The notes below the pieces were generated by a model. The model was not told the DNA's origin. It made no database searches and worked only from the letters and a program-made list of their open reading frames with translations. A stretch of DNA of 64,000 nt from Octopus sinensis (lineage: Eukaryota): assembly GCF_006345805.1 (NCBI RefSeq), contig NC_043018.1, positions 20,088,001-20,152,000 on the forward strand, written 5' to 3'. The position numbers were made by a program, and so were the translations under genes. Below, in pieces: positions 38,220 through 51,743 of the stretch. The stretch's first letter is position 1. Every line of letters starts with the position of its first letter.

Positions 38220-38220
38220 G
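37840..38220. repeat. (TATC/TACC)n satellite with a retroelement 3' end inserted at 38076-38170 (+)
   Basis: Insert aaagctctactttgtaatttgtcccctctgtgttcagccctgtgtggctaataaagaaac is homologous to 14908-15046. Confidence 0.9.
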
Positions 38221-38253
38221 TCTTCATATCTATCTCTCCCTCCACCTCTCTCA

Positions 38254-38293
<40 letters not shown>

Positions 38294-39057
38294 CTTTCCC
38301 TTTCTTTCTCCTCTGATATTCACTTCACTATCACTGCTACCAACACCATCTGTCTTTCCTACTTTCTCTCTTATTATAAGATTTGTGAAACACACAAGGC
38401 AGGTCTGCCAAAGAGGGATAAGAACTGCTAGATATCTCTAAAGAGGAAACTGCAAATGCCAAGGAGAACGATGGCAGGGGTGGGGGTCTGCGACTTCCCT
38501 TCATTTTTTTTCCCCACAGAATCTCTTTGCAAAAGACAACTTTACAATGTCCTCCACCCACAATTCCTTTGGGTGTTTTTTACATTTCCCCCTTTTCTTT
38601 TTTTTTTTACCATTGTTGAATCATACACTAATGTCTTTAAAACAACAAAGCATTTATGATTTTCTTGCTGGGTTGGGTGCTGCGGGTACCCTTAATAACA
38701 ATGGTGAGGGTGTTGTTGGATGGGTGGGGTAAAAGGTATATTCATGTTTAAGCTGTTAATCTTGCCACCACAACCCCACCACCACCTCACCGCCACCCCA
38801 CTACCACCCCACCACTTCCTGCCTTGTTTTGAAAGTTACTTGCTGTTGTTTAGTCCCATGTGGGACCTTCTCATCAACATATGTTCACAGCTGTTCCATA
38901 CAAAAAAACGCACTACTTTTGTCTTTTTGTATGTTCAGAACTACATGGCAACATTAAGCTTATGAGGTGTTGTTAGTAAAGCTGTGTGGTTCACTTTGCA
39001 ACCACATGGATTCAGGTTCAGTCCCACTGCGTGGCACCTAGGCAGTGCCTTGAGTGC

Positions 39058-39097
<40 letters not shown>

Positions 39098-39098
<1 letters not shown>

Positions 39099-39329
39099 GG
39101 CGGGGAGCTGGCAGAAACATTAGCGTGCCGGGTGAAATGCATAGCCGTATTTCATCTGTTGTTACGTTCCGAGTTCAAAGTCCGCCGAGGTCGACTTTGC
39201 CTTTCATCCTTTCGGGATCGATAAATTAAGTACCAGTTATGCACTGAGGTCGATGTAATCGACTTAATCCGTTTGTCTGTCCTTGTTTGTCCCCTCTGTG
39301 TTTAGCTCCTTGTGGGTAGTAAAGAAATA
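39098..39329 (+). mobile_element. SINE-A copy, full length
   Basis: Matches the family consensus. Confidence 0.9.
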
Positions 39330-39346
39330 TATATATATATATATTC

Positions 39347-39510
39347 ATCATCATCCTCATCATCATTTAACGTCCGTTTTCCATGCTAGCATGGGTTGGA
39401 TGGTTCGACCAGGGTCTGGGAAGCCAGGAGGCTGCACCAGGCTCCAGTCTGATCTGGCAGTGTTTCTACAGCTGGATGCCCTTCCTAACGCCAACCACTC
39501 CGTGAGCGTA
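39347..39510 (-). mobile_element. SINE-C 3' fragment
   Basis: Family homology. Confidence 0.82.
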
Positions 39511-39767
39511 GTTGTATGTATGTTTACAGTATATCTACCCCAACCACTTGGTTCCAGGTTCAGTCCCACTATATGGCATCTTGGGCAACTGTCTTCTACT
39601 ATAGCCCTAGGTCATCCAAAGCTTTGTAATTGATTTAGTTGGCAGAAACTGAAAGGAACCCATCACACACACATACACACACACACAGAGGCACACACAC
39701 TCAAACAAATACCACAAGGTATCTGGTTTAATGTTTCTTACAGTTCCACAAATCTACCACTCCAGAT

Positions 39768-41920
39768 AGGTACCTTGTTTTATTGACTCCAGAAGGAAGA
39801 AGAACGGCAGTGTTGACTTCAATGGGATTTGAACTCAGACTGTCAATGGTCAGAGCAAATATTCTGAGGCTATATAATTTTGGTCACTGCTAATTCCAGC
39901 CTGTCAAGCAACCTGATAAAGACTCCCTTGCTTCCTCTTCTGCCATCAAACTGCCGTCCTCAGAATAATACAATTTGCAATCAGATTGGTACCTCATTCT
40001 ATTGACTCCAGAGGGAAGAAGAATGACTGTGTTGACCTCAGCAAGATTTGAACTCAGACTGCCAAGGGTCAGAGCAGATATTCTGAGGCTATGTAATTTC
40101 GGTCGCTGCTAATTCTAGCTGTCAAGCAACCTGATAAAGACTCCCTTGCTCCTCTTCTGCCATCAACTGCCGTCCTCAGAATAATACAATTTGCAATCAG
40201 ATTGGTACCTCATTCTATTGACTCCAGAGGGAAGAAGAATGACTGTGTTGACCTCAGCAAGATTTGAACTCAGACTGCCAAGGGTCAGAGCAGATATTCT
40301 GAGGCTATGTAATTTCGGTCGCTGCTAATTCTAGCCTGTCAAGCAACCTCATAAAGACTCCCTTGCTTCCTCTTCTGCCATCAAACTGCCGTCCTCAGAA
40401 TAATACAATTTGCAATCAGATTGGTACCTCATTCTATTGACTCCAGAGGGAAGAAGAATGACTGTGTTGACCTCAGCAAGATTTGAACTCAGACTGCCAA
40501 CGGTCAGAGCAGATATTCTGAGGCTATGTAATTTCGGTCGCTGCTAATTCTAGCCTGTCAAGCAACCTGATAAAGACCCCCTTGTTTCCTCTTCTGCCGT
40601 CAAACTGCCGTCCTCAGAATAATACAATTTGCAATCAGATTGGTACTTCATTCTATTGACTCCAGAGGGAAGAAGAATGACTGTGTTGGACCTCAGCAAG
40701 ATTGAACTCAGACTGCCAACGGTCAGAGCAGATATTCTGAGGCTATGTAATTTCGGTCGCTGCTAATTCTAGCCTGTCAAGCAACCTGATAAAGACTCCC
40801 TTGCTTCCTCTTCTGCCATCAAACTGCCGTCCTCAGAATAATACAATTTGCAATCAGATTGGTACCTCATTCTATTGACTCCAGAGGGAAGAAGAATGAC
40901 TGTGTTGACCTCAGCAAGATTTGAACTCAGACTGCCAACGGTCAGAGCAGATATTCTGAGGCTATGTAATTTCGGTCGCTGCTAATTCTAGCCTGTCAAG
41001 CAACCTCATAAAGACTCCCTTGCTTCCTCTTCTGCCATCAAACTGCCGTCCTCAGAATAATACAATTTGCAATCAGATTGGTACCTCATTCTATTGACTC
41101 CAGAGGGAAGAAGAATGACTGTGTTGACCTCAGCAAGATTTGAACTCAGACTGCCAACGGTCAGAGCAGATATTCTGAGGCTATGTAATTTCGGTCGCTG
41201 CTAATTCTAGCCTGTCAGCAACCTCATAAAGACTCCCTTGCTCCTCTTCTGCCATCAAACTGCCGTCCTCAGAATAATACCATTTGCAATCAGATTGGTA
41301 CCTCATTCTATTGACTCCAGAGGGAAGAAGAATGACTGTGTTGACCTCAGCAAGATTGAACTCAGACTGCCAAGGGTCAGAGCCGATATTCTGAGGCTAT
41401 GTAATTTCGGTCGCTGCTAATTCTAGCCTGTCAAGCAACCTCATAAAGACTCCCTTGCTTCCTCTTCTGCCATCAAACTGCCGTCCTCAGAATAATACAA
41501 TTTGCAATCAGATGGTACCTCATTTTATTGACTCCAGAGGGAGAAGAATGACTGTGTTGACCTCAGCAGATTTGAACTCAGACTGCCACGGTCAGAGCGA
41601 TATTCTGAGGCTATGTAATTTCGGTCGCTGCTAATTCTAGCCTGTCAAGCAACCTCATAAAGACTCCCTTGCTTCCTCTTCTGCCATCAAACTGCCGTCC
41701 TCAGAATAATACAATTTGCAATCAGATTGGTACCTCATTCTATTGACTCCAGAGGGAAGAAGAATGACTGTGTTGACCTCAGCAAGATTTGAACTCAGAC
41801 TGCCAAGGGTCAGAGCAGATATTCTGAGGCTATGTAATTTCGGTCGCTGCTAATTCTAGCCTGTCAAGCAACCTCATAAAGACCCCCTTGTTTCCTCTTC
41901 TGCCGTCAAACTGCCGTCCT
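39768..41920. repeat. Tandem array of ~10 x 219 bp, SINE-derived
   Basis: tattgactcc recurs at 39781, 40000, 40216, 40435, 40654, 40873, 41092, 41309, 41526 and 41741; the unit contains a degenerate minus-strand SINE-A segment (ggtacctcattctattgactccagaggg...ttgacctcagcaagatttgaactcaga). Confidence 0.95.
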
Positions 41921-42723
41921 CCTCTTCGTCTTTCAGTTGTCTTCTTGTAATGATTCACCTTAGAAATAATACAATTTGCAGCCACGCAACCATCATGGTT
42001 GGCATCATTGCTGTTGTTGTTGTTGTTGTTGTCGTTGTGGTGTGATTGAAATCTCCAGTAGACAAGCTTAGTTATTCATTAACTTATTTCATTTGTGTGG
42101 TGGTAGTAGTAGTAGTAGTGGTGGTGGTGGTGGTGGTAGTCATTACCATCGTCATCGTCGCTGTGGTGGTAGGGGTAAGTCAAGAGAACTCTTCCTAATC
42201 CTGGTCATCTCTTTCCTTTATTTTTCCCTGGCTGTATCTCTTCTCCGATCTAGCGAACGATTTCTGTGTCTAGCTTCGACGGAACTTTCCTGCATCTTGA
42301 TAGTCAAAACATATTGCTGCAAACGCATCTAAGTCTCATCATGACGACGATGACGAAAATGACGTTGACGATGATGATGATGATGAAGACGATGATTTAT
42401 CAACATTATCATTACCATCGTCTCTGCCATCGTTACAATCACCGACACTGACACACCGTCATCATTGTTGTCACCTTCATCACTGCCACTGTCAGCAGCA
42501 TGAACACCACCAACCGCATTATCATCATCGTCATCATCATCATCATTTTTCTCATCATCACCACTATGAGTGTTGTCCCCATCCCCCCCATCATCATTAT
42601 TATTCCTATAATTACTACCACCACCAATACCATCATCATCATCATCGTCAATAATAATTAAAAAGATATCTATCATATTCTGATTTACTTTACAGTTCTT
42701 CTCAAAAGTATATTACATTTTAG

Positions 42724-42744
42724 ATCATCATCATCATCATCATC

Positions 42745-42776
<32 letters not shown>

Positions 42777-42910
42777 CATTATTATTATTATTAGTAGTAG
42801 TAGTATTATTATTATTATTATCATCATTATTATTATCATTATTATTATCATTATTATTATCATTATTATTATTATTATCATTATTATTATTATTATCATC
42901 ATTATTATTA

Positions 42911-42944
<34 letters not shown>

Positions 42945-42967
42945 CATCATTATCCTTAATATTATTA

Positions 42968-42998
<31 letters not shown>

Positions 42999-43295
42999 CA
43001 TCATCATCCTTAATATTATTATCATTATTATTATTATTATTATTATTATCATCATCATCATTCATTATCCTTAATATTATTATCGTTGTTATTATTATTA
43101 TCATTATTATCATTATTATTATTATTATTATTATTATCATTATTATTATCATTATTATCATTATTATTATTATTATTATTATTGTTATTATTATTATCAT
43201 TATCATCATTATCCTTAATATTATTGTTATTATTATTATTATTATTATTGTTATTATTATTATCATTATTATCCTTAATATTATTATCGTTATTA
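42724..43295. repeat. (ATT/ATC)n compound microsatellite with recurring tccttaat spacer
   Basis: Directly visible. Confidence 0.95.
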
Positions 43296-44223
43296 GCATC
43301 AGTGTGACAAGTGATATCTTCATTAAAAACCTCGTTATTAGATTTTCGGCTGATTTATGTGACTCATGCCTTTTTACCAAAGGCATGAGCATCACACCAT
43401 CTCGTTTCTCTCCACTGTAGGTATACGGGTGGCGGGTGGTGATGGTGATGGTGGTGGTGGTGGTGGTGGTGGTGGTGGTTGTGTTTAAGCCATTCGTCAT
43501 CGTCAGTGCTGGCGCCGCCATTCACCACCGTCGTTATCACCGTCATCAGCACCATCGTCATCATCACTATCACCGCCACCACTACCACCACTTTCATCAT
43601 CATCATCATCATCATCATCATCGTTTTCCTGTTCTTCATCATCTTTGTTTCCCTTCTACTCCCTTTATCATTGTTAATATCATCATCATCATCATCATCA
43701 TCATTCTAATTTGTTTTCTTGTTTCATTCGTTATCTATAAAAGAATATTACTCTTGAGAAAAATCACACCCTGTCACATCAGCACCCAGAATCACCAGCA
43801 GCTGCATCATCATTATCATCATCATCATAGATATCATCATCATCATCATCGTTATCCTGATTATAATCATCATAGATTCATCATCATCATTTTCCTGATT
43901 ACAACAATCATCATCATTGACATCATTATCATCATCTTCATCATTGTCATCTTTCTTATTACTTTCCAGCAGTCATAGTTTTGATGCATTCTTTCGCTGC
44001 ACAGCACCGTGCAGTTTTTTTTACGCACTTTTTTTGTTGCACATTCAGTGACATCTTTACTGTTTGGCTAAAAATACCTTATGTAATATTTCCTAACTAC
44101 TTTCTGGTGTTACATTCTCTACGCTCCATGTATTTGTAAAATCCCAAAGTTTTGACTACGTATTTCTCTGCATGTTGCCCTTTATTATCATTTCCAAGGC
44201 CCCTGTTATTTGAGGAGTTATCA

Positions 44224-44362
44224 TTGGGTTGTCCAGAAAGTTTGTGCCGATTTATAGTAGCTTACCTTTCGAATTATTTTAGAACATGGTTGAGTCCATA
44301 AAATAGGATTTGACTACACCTCCATTTAGAGCACAGTTAAAGCTATCTTTTCGTGGAAGAAG
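44224..44362. mobile_element. mariner-like terminal fragment
   Basis: Begins ttgggttgtccagaaagtttgtgccgattt, resembling mariner TIRs; truncated by a SINE-B fragment. Resemblance only. Confidence 0.4.
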
Positions 44363-44397
44363 GTAGGGGGACAAACAGACACACACACATAAATACT

Positions 44398-44443
<46 letters not shown>

Positions 44444-44710
44444 TATGGCGGGCTTCTTTCAGTTTCCATCTACCAACTCCACTCACAAGACTTTGGTCGG
44501 CCCATGGCTATAGTAAGAGACATTTGCCTGAAGTGCTGCATAGCCGGGGCTGAACCCCAAATCATGTGGTTGGGAAGCAAGCTTCTTACCACACAACCAC
44601 AGACACACACATATATGTATATATGTTCATACATATATGTATATGTGTGCATGTTTGCATGGACAAGTGCCAGTCTTCCTCAAAAAACCCTATCCAGTCC
44701 TTCATATATA

Positions 44711-44942
44711 TATTTCTTTATTGCCCACAAGGGGCTAAACATAGAGGGGACAAACAAGGACAGAGGAACGGATTAAGTCGATTACATTGACCCCAGTGTG
44801 TAACTGGTACTTAATTTATCGACCCCCGAAAGGATGAAAGGCAAAGTCGACCTCGGCGGAATTTGAACTCACAACGTAACGGCAGACGAAATACGGCTAC
44901 GCATTTCGCCCGGCGTGCTAACGTTTCTGCCAGCTCGCCGCC
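44711..44942 (-). mobile_element. SINE-A copy, full length, little diverged
   Basis: Matches the consensus; flanking direct repeat gtccttcatatata at 44697 and 44966. Confidence 0.92.
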
Positions 44943-45467
44943 TTATTATATATACATATATATACGTCCTTCATATATACACATGTAAGATGCATGATCA
45001 ACCTACGAACAACAGAAACCTTACACACACACTCAAACACACACACAAATGCATGCCCACATACGTACACACACACATATTTATTTAATAAGGTTCTTTC
45101 TGTGGCTGCTACATTTTTTTTTTGTTTGTTTGTTTGTCTTTTACGGCAGTTTTGTGTATTTCTTTGTAAATAATTGAGATTACGAAGGGAGCAGGGTAAA
45201 TGTTATGAAGCTCTGCCCAGTTTATCTTTTTTTTTTGTTGTTATCGTTTGTCGAAACAGAACCAAAACTCAAGAGATACGATTCTACATCATTAATGCCT
45301 CTGTTCCTATATTTTATTAAAATATTCGAAATGAAATTATATTCTACAATAAATTGAGATGCCAGCAATTTTTATTTATTTTCTACGTTTGTTTATTTTT
45401 TGTTTTTTTATTTTATTGTTCTTTTGTATCAAGTTTTGTAGTTGTTCTTCACAAAAGAAAATGGATG

Positions 45468-45538
<71 letters not shown>

Positions 45539-45702
45539 TGTGTGTGTGTATATTGTTTGTGTTTTGTTGTTGTTGTTGTTGCTGTTGTTGTTGAGAGTTT
45601 GCTATTTGATAGGAAACTAGTCAATATATTTGTGTATTAAAATAATGTATAGTCTTTAATAATCTGGAATTGATTTTTATCTGGCGGAAAAGAGAAGTTT
45701 AC

Positions 45703-46280
45703 ACTATTATCATCACCATCATCATTGCCATCGTCATCGTCATGATTATGATCATCACCATCATCATCATCATCATCATCATTATCATCATCATTATCAT
45801 CATCAACATCAGCATTTTCATCATCGCCATCAACATTATCATCATCATCATCGTTGTCTTTGCCATCATTATCATTACTATCTCCATCATCATCGCCATG
45901 ACCACCGCCACTATTATCATCACTATCATCACCACTGCTGCCACCACCACCACCACCACAATCACTGCTGCCATCACCACCACTGCCATCGCCACAAGCA
46001 CTACTATCACTACCAGCATCACCCACACCACCACACCTGCCATTACCACTGCCACCACTCCCATTACCACCGCTGCCACCACCACCACCACAATCACTGC
46101 TGCCATCACCACCATCACCATCACTGCCACCGCCACAAGCACTACTATCACTACCAACATCACCCACACCACCACACCTGCCATTACCACTGCCTCCACC
46201 ACCACCACTCCCATCACTACCACCCACCCTATCATCATTAACACCATTATAACCACCACCACCACCACCACCACCACCAA
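45703..46280. repeat. (CAT/CAC)n low-complexity tract with internal ~130 bp duplication
   Basis: gccacaagcactactatcactacca.catcacccacaccaccacacctgccattacc occurs twice. Confidence 0.9.
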
Positions 46281-46844
46281 CCACAAACCTGATGATTGAA
46301 ATTGTTATTCAGTTCAATGTCTTTTGTACACATAGAGTCTAAAGGGAAAATTTTTTCTCCAAGATAAAACCCTGTAGCAAATGTCTTTTATAGATCTTAC
46401 TCTACAGGAACACATTAGAAATAAATATACACATCTTTATTTCAATCCTCACTGCTTCATATGCTTATACCAAAATACTTCCATGCCTCAGCACATGCTA
46501 ACAAATGTTTTATTTGCCGTTTTCTCTATGGGGACAGAAGTTTTTACCTTGCTCCAAATGATTAAAGCAGTGTATATCACTGAAGAGGTGAAATCACACA
46601 GAAACACCGTGTTTGATAATCTGCCAACATCATTTGGAGATGGTCTCGATACATTTTTACTCAAAAAAATCTTGAGGGAGAAATTTTTCTCTAACACTAA
46701 ATCCCACAGTGAATGCCTTTCACATTCTGGTGCACTGGAACTTATTAAGAATCACTTTTAAGTTGTCTACAGATATGTTCTATAGAATATAGAGTCAACC
46801 CTGAAAGTTATGATGTTTTGTATATGAATATGTTTATGTAAACA

Positions 46845-47240
46845 ACTAGCAGAGGTACCCGGCGTTGCCCAGGAATGAAATTGTTCCTTATATATTGGAA
46901 GAAAAAAATCAAAATATTTTGTATAGAAATTTGTTGTTCTAAATGCAATTTATTGAGATACATGATAAAATCAATTTGCTGTCATAGTGCAGGGGTCTCT
47001 AGTGCCCTTACTCTGGCTACCTGCACTTGTCTTTGCTTCACTGTTGAATACTAATCATCTACATCTGCCCCGTCTCCTCTTGTAGAGAGTGAGAACATTT
47101 TTCTTGGAAACTTTTTTTGACAATTAAAATGGGGATTAAATGTAAAAAGGATGAGTGAAAGTTACGTGAATATCTTCACAAGACTGATTAAAATAAATGG
47201 CAATTGAAGAACGTCACACACACACACACACAAACAAGGA
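46845..47240 (-). mobile_element. Non-autonomous Helitron-like element (3' end clear)
   Basis: Minus strand ends cctgggcaacgccggg hairpin + tacctctg CTAG|T; 5' boundary uncertain. Confidence 0.6.
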
Positions 47241-47469
47241 CGGAAAAACAGAGCCGAAATTGCGAGGATGATCTGATACTTGACTGAGGATAGAAAGCTT
47301 CGAATGACCCATCTTGCTTTCCTTGTTTCTTTTGTCTTATGGCATACATTTGTCTTGCCTGTCTTCAGGACCCAACACCGGAGGTGTTAGTGTTTAGCCC
47401 CTGGTCAGGCCTGATTGAGTATGCCTCCTGCAATGACTATCCTGCCATTGTGTAATCCTAGACTACTGT

Positions 47470-47800
47470 TATTCTTTTATTCTTTTATTTGTTTCAGTCA
47501 TTTGACTGTGGCCATGCGGGAGCACCACCTTTAGTCAAACCGCTAAGTTACAAGGACATAAACATACCAACATTGGTTGTCAAGTGATGTTGGGGTGACA
47601 AACACAACCACACAAACATATGTATGTATGTGTATATATATATTTGACAGGCTTCTTTCAGTTTCTGGCTACCAAATCCACTGACAAGGCTTTGGTCAGC
47701 CTGAGGCTATGGTAGAAAACATTTGCTCATGGTGCCATGCAGTGGGACTGAACCCAGAACAATGTGGTTGGTAAGCAAGCTACTTACCACATAGCCACAT
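47470..47800 (-). mobile_element. SINE-B copy with internal deletion
   Basis: Family homology. Confidence 0.8.
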
Positions 47801-48919
47801 ATCCTCATTTTTTTTTTTTTTTGAAGATGGTTAGATTGTTTTAATGGTTAAGTCAGAGCACAGAGGCACACATGTTAGCCTGCGATAGCAATGGAATTAG
47901 TTTCAAAATTGGTAAAATTAAGACAACTTTAGAAATTAAATTTGTAGAAATCAGGCCATTGCACCAGATGGCTGGACGTGATTGGGGAAGATCCCTTGGA
48001 GGGTGCAGAGGGCCTGGTATGGCACCACCGCTAATGGAGAGCACTGGTCGACCTGGTCAGCTCAATGCATGATAGCATCTCTGGGACAACTAACCTGGGA
48101 TGATCCCAACCGCATCAAGCGAGAGCATGTAGCCAAAGCCAAAAGTCGATATAGATCAGTTTTCCATCATCATCATCATCATCATTTGATGTGTATTTTC
48201 CCATACTGATGTGGTTTGCACAGTTGGATAGGATCCTTTGAGTTCAAGGAGTTTACACGCTCCACTGTCTTCTTAGGTATGGTTTCTACAGCTGGATGCA
48301 CTTCCTGACACCAGAAAGTCATTAGCTCTAGATTCCATCCTTACCGATATTCCAGATGGTTGTGTATTTAGGATAGAAATGGCTTTTCTTGTTATTCCTC
48401 TCTTTGGTAATCGTTCCAAATTTTCGAGGAATTTTGTGTCTTGGTTTTTTTTTCTCTCCCCCCACCCCCCACCCATTTTCTCTCACCTTCACTTGATGGA
48501 AGAACTAATTATGTAATTATGCTTACCTTGCACTAACATCTACCTTGCATCTTTAAACAACGAAAGCAAAAGCAAAAAGCAAATAACCACAAACGAAAAT
48601 ATAAACACAAAGGTTAAATCTTCAGATAAATTCTTTCACAAAATAATATTCTTCGTCCGAATTTCCACATGGCAGCAGATCTAATATCGCTATAAATTTC
48701 ATTACGCAAAAATCATTCATTATGTTTGCAGTTTGGTAGTTTTATTCATAAAAGAACATTCTGGGAGTTTCGGTTTTTTTTCCTCTCTTTTGGCTTCAGA
48801 GTTATTATCACATTTTCATATGTTCACTTAGCTTATTCCAGCTTCAAGTAGATTGCTTCTATTATTGTCTAAACCTTCTACCTTTCACCTTTCTCCCTCT
48901 CTCTTTATTTCTATCTCTG

Positions 48920-48958
<39 letters not shown>

Positions 48959-49342
48959 CTCTGCTAACCTTCCTGATTTTTGCTGCTGACTTTTCTTCCT
49001 TCTCTTTATTTACCTGTTCATGTGGTTCATTCTCCTCTCTGCAACTTGCAGCTGTTTGCATTGAAGATCAACTCTTTGGAATATCACGTCTTTGGTGCTT
49101 TCCTCTTCTGCTAATATCACGTAAGTGCTGCATTCTTAGTGCCAGGTCGAAAATTTTGCTGAAGCTATTGTTGTTCTAAGAAAACCTGCTGAAACTTTAG
49201 CTGTTGTTCTTAGGTTTTTGTTTTGTGTTCTATTAAATTGGCAGAACATATCTGTACGGCAGGCATTTACACTGCACCTAATATACAATTACTATTTGTT
49301 ATTACATATATACATTATTTTTATAGCTGTGTACATATATAT

Positions 49343-49730
49343 GGTGGAAGCACTCCGTCGGTTACGACGACGAGGGTTCCGGTTGATCCGAATCAACGGA
49401 ACAGCCTGCTCATGAAATTAACGTGTAAGTGGCTGAGCACTCCACAGACACGTGTACCCTTAACGTAGTTCTCGGGGATATTCAGCGTGACACAGAGAGT
49501 GACAAGGCTGGCCCTTTGAAATACAGGTACAACAGAAACAGGAAGTAAGAGTGAGAGAAAGTTGTGGTGAAAGAGTACAGCAGGGATCACTAGCACACCC
49601 TGCCGGAGCCTCGTGAAGCTTTAGGTGTTTTTCGCTCAATAAACACTCACAACGCCCGGTCTGGGAATCGAAACCGCGATCCTACGACCGCGAGTCCGCT
49701 GCCCTAACCACTGGGCCATTGCGCCTCCAC
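49343..49730 (-). mobile_element. SINE-D copy with TSD
   Basis: TSD tgtacatatatat at 49330 and 49731. Confidence 0.92.
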
Positions 49731-49805
<75 letters not shown>

Positions 49806-49837
49806 GGAATTTACAAAAAACAAAAAACGAAGGTAGG

Positions 49838-50400
49838 TATCATCATCATCGTTTAACATCCATTTTCCATGCTGGCATGGGTTGGACAGTTCGACTGCAG
49901 TCTAGGAAGCCAGGAGGCTGCACTACACCCCAATCTGATCAGGCATTGTTTCTACAGTTGGATACCCTTCCTAATGCCAACCACTCTTAGTGTGTAGTAG
50001 GTGCTTTTTATGTGCCACTGGCACAGGGGCCAGAGAAGCTGGCATCGACCATGATCGGATGGTGCTTTTTATGTACCACCGGCACAGAAGCCAGTCAAAG
50101 CGGCACTGGCATTGGCTACGTTCCGATGGTGCTTTTCACATGCTACCAACATAGGGCTCACAACTACAATTTCCATTTGATTTGATTTTGGTTTCGATAT
50201 TGCTGTTGATGTTGATGTACTTGACTCAATAGGTCTCCACAAACACAGTATGTCACTCTACGACCCAAGGTACTTTTGAGTGGGCTGGTTATGCAACACT
50301 GGTGTAGGTTACAGCTGTGAACTCACTTTATTTGCCAGGGGCTTCTCAGTTACAGCATACCTCCAGAGGTCTCGGTCTTTTGTCATTGCCTCTGTGAAGC
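49838..50400 (-). mobile_element. SINE-C copy with extended 5' region
   Basis: Family homology; the extension is shared with 17720-17990 and 54870-54960. Confidence 0.75.
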
Positions 50401-50430
50401 AATATATTTATAGAATATAGCAATATATTT

Positions 50431-50785
50431 CATCATCATCATCATTATCATCATCATCGTTTAACGTCTGTTCTCCATGGGTTGGACGGTTCGACCGGGG
50501 ATCTGGGAAGCCAGAAGGCTGCACCAGGCTCTAGTCTTATCTGGCAATGTTTCTACAGCTGGATGTCCTTCCTAACGCCAACCACTCCGTGAGTGTAGTG
50601 GGTGCTTTTTACGTGCCACCTGCACAGGTGCCAGGCGAGGCTGGCAACGGCCACGGTCGGACTGGTGTATTTTATGTGCCACCGGCACGGGGGCCAGGCG
50701 AGGCGGCGCTGGCATCGGCCACGAGTCGGATAGTGCTTTTTACGTACCACCAGACCAGGGATCCTGGCTGGTTTAATCCTTAATT
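50431..50785 (-). mobile_element. SINE-C copy with 15 bp TSD
   Basis: tatagcaatatattt at 50416-50430 and 50786-50800. Confidence 0.88.
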
Positions 50786-51289
50786 TATAGCAATATATTT
50801 ATGGAATTTGTTCAGGCGGATTTTTCTACAGTTGGATGCCCTTCTTGTTACTAACCCTCACTTGTTTCCAAGCAGCAGAATATTTCCCCATGGCCAGACA
50901 TGTTTTCACTGAATACTGGAAACGGAAGACACTGTTTCCATGAGGAGATCCTCCTCATTTACAACTCTCACATGATGTCAAGGCAAAAAAAAAACAGTAA
51001 CACGTGCAAATGCACCCAATTCGTGTTCTAAATTTTATCGTGACTTTAGATTACAACGAATGACATTGCATTGTATGAGCTTATCTAAAGGAAGCAAGTG
51101 CTCATTGAGTGAGATTGTTAGTCTCTAGACGTTTTTTGCTTGTTTGGTAATGTTATCACTTTCAGTTGTCTTCATATCACAGTTAAAAATAGCCTGGCTG
51201 CCATATATTTTCTCATATCCTTTTAGTGACTTTGAATTGTGCCTTTTCTTTTTGATTCACTTTTCCTTTTTTGTTACATATTTTAATCC

Positions 51290-51743
51290 TTAACCCTCTA
51301 GCATTCAGGTTACTCCTTTCAGAGTAAATGAAATGAGTAGAATACTTGGCCCGGATATGATTGGTCTAACTCTTAGCATTCAGATTACTCTGTCGAATGT
51401 AATGTCTTTTTTATTGATATTGCCTTGAATTAATCATGGATTATCTCATAGCTTTGCGATTTCAATGATGTCGTTGTATACTTATAGTATGACATTGTTG
51501 GGTAGGTATGAGAGGCTGGATCTGGCAGGTTTGAACATAAAACAAGTAGAATATTTGAGCTGGATCAACCCTTTAGCATTCAGTGTTTTGAATAAGTCAT
51601 GCATTATCTCATAGCTTTTGATATTTCAGTTATGTGATTGTATATTTTTAGAATGACATTGTAGAATAGGTGTGAAAGGCTGGATCTGGCTGGATAGAAC
51701 ATGAAATGAGTAGAATATTTAGCCCAGATATGGTTGGTTTAAC
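51290..51743. mobile_element. Cluster of 2-3 head-to-tail piggyBac-type MITE (family 2) fragments
   Basis: aaccct.tagcattcag starts at ~51292, ~51368 and ~51567. Confidence 0.7.

Noticed and set aside
39768-41920. CRISPR-like array, or hammerhead in the 219 bp repeat (minus-strand CUGAGGA)
   Set aside because: Units are identical throughout with no unique spacers and the context is eukaryotic; CUGAGGA is not followed by a pairing stem II and GAAA.
42181-42335. Complex island between microsatellites, possible exon
   Set aside because: Only short frames, no convincing splice-site pair or homology.
46381-46761. 126 aa ORF
   Set aside because: No recognisable motif or splice context; within chance expectation.
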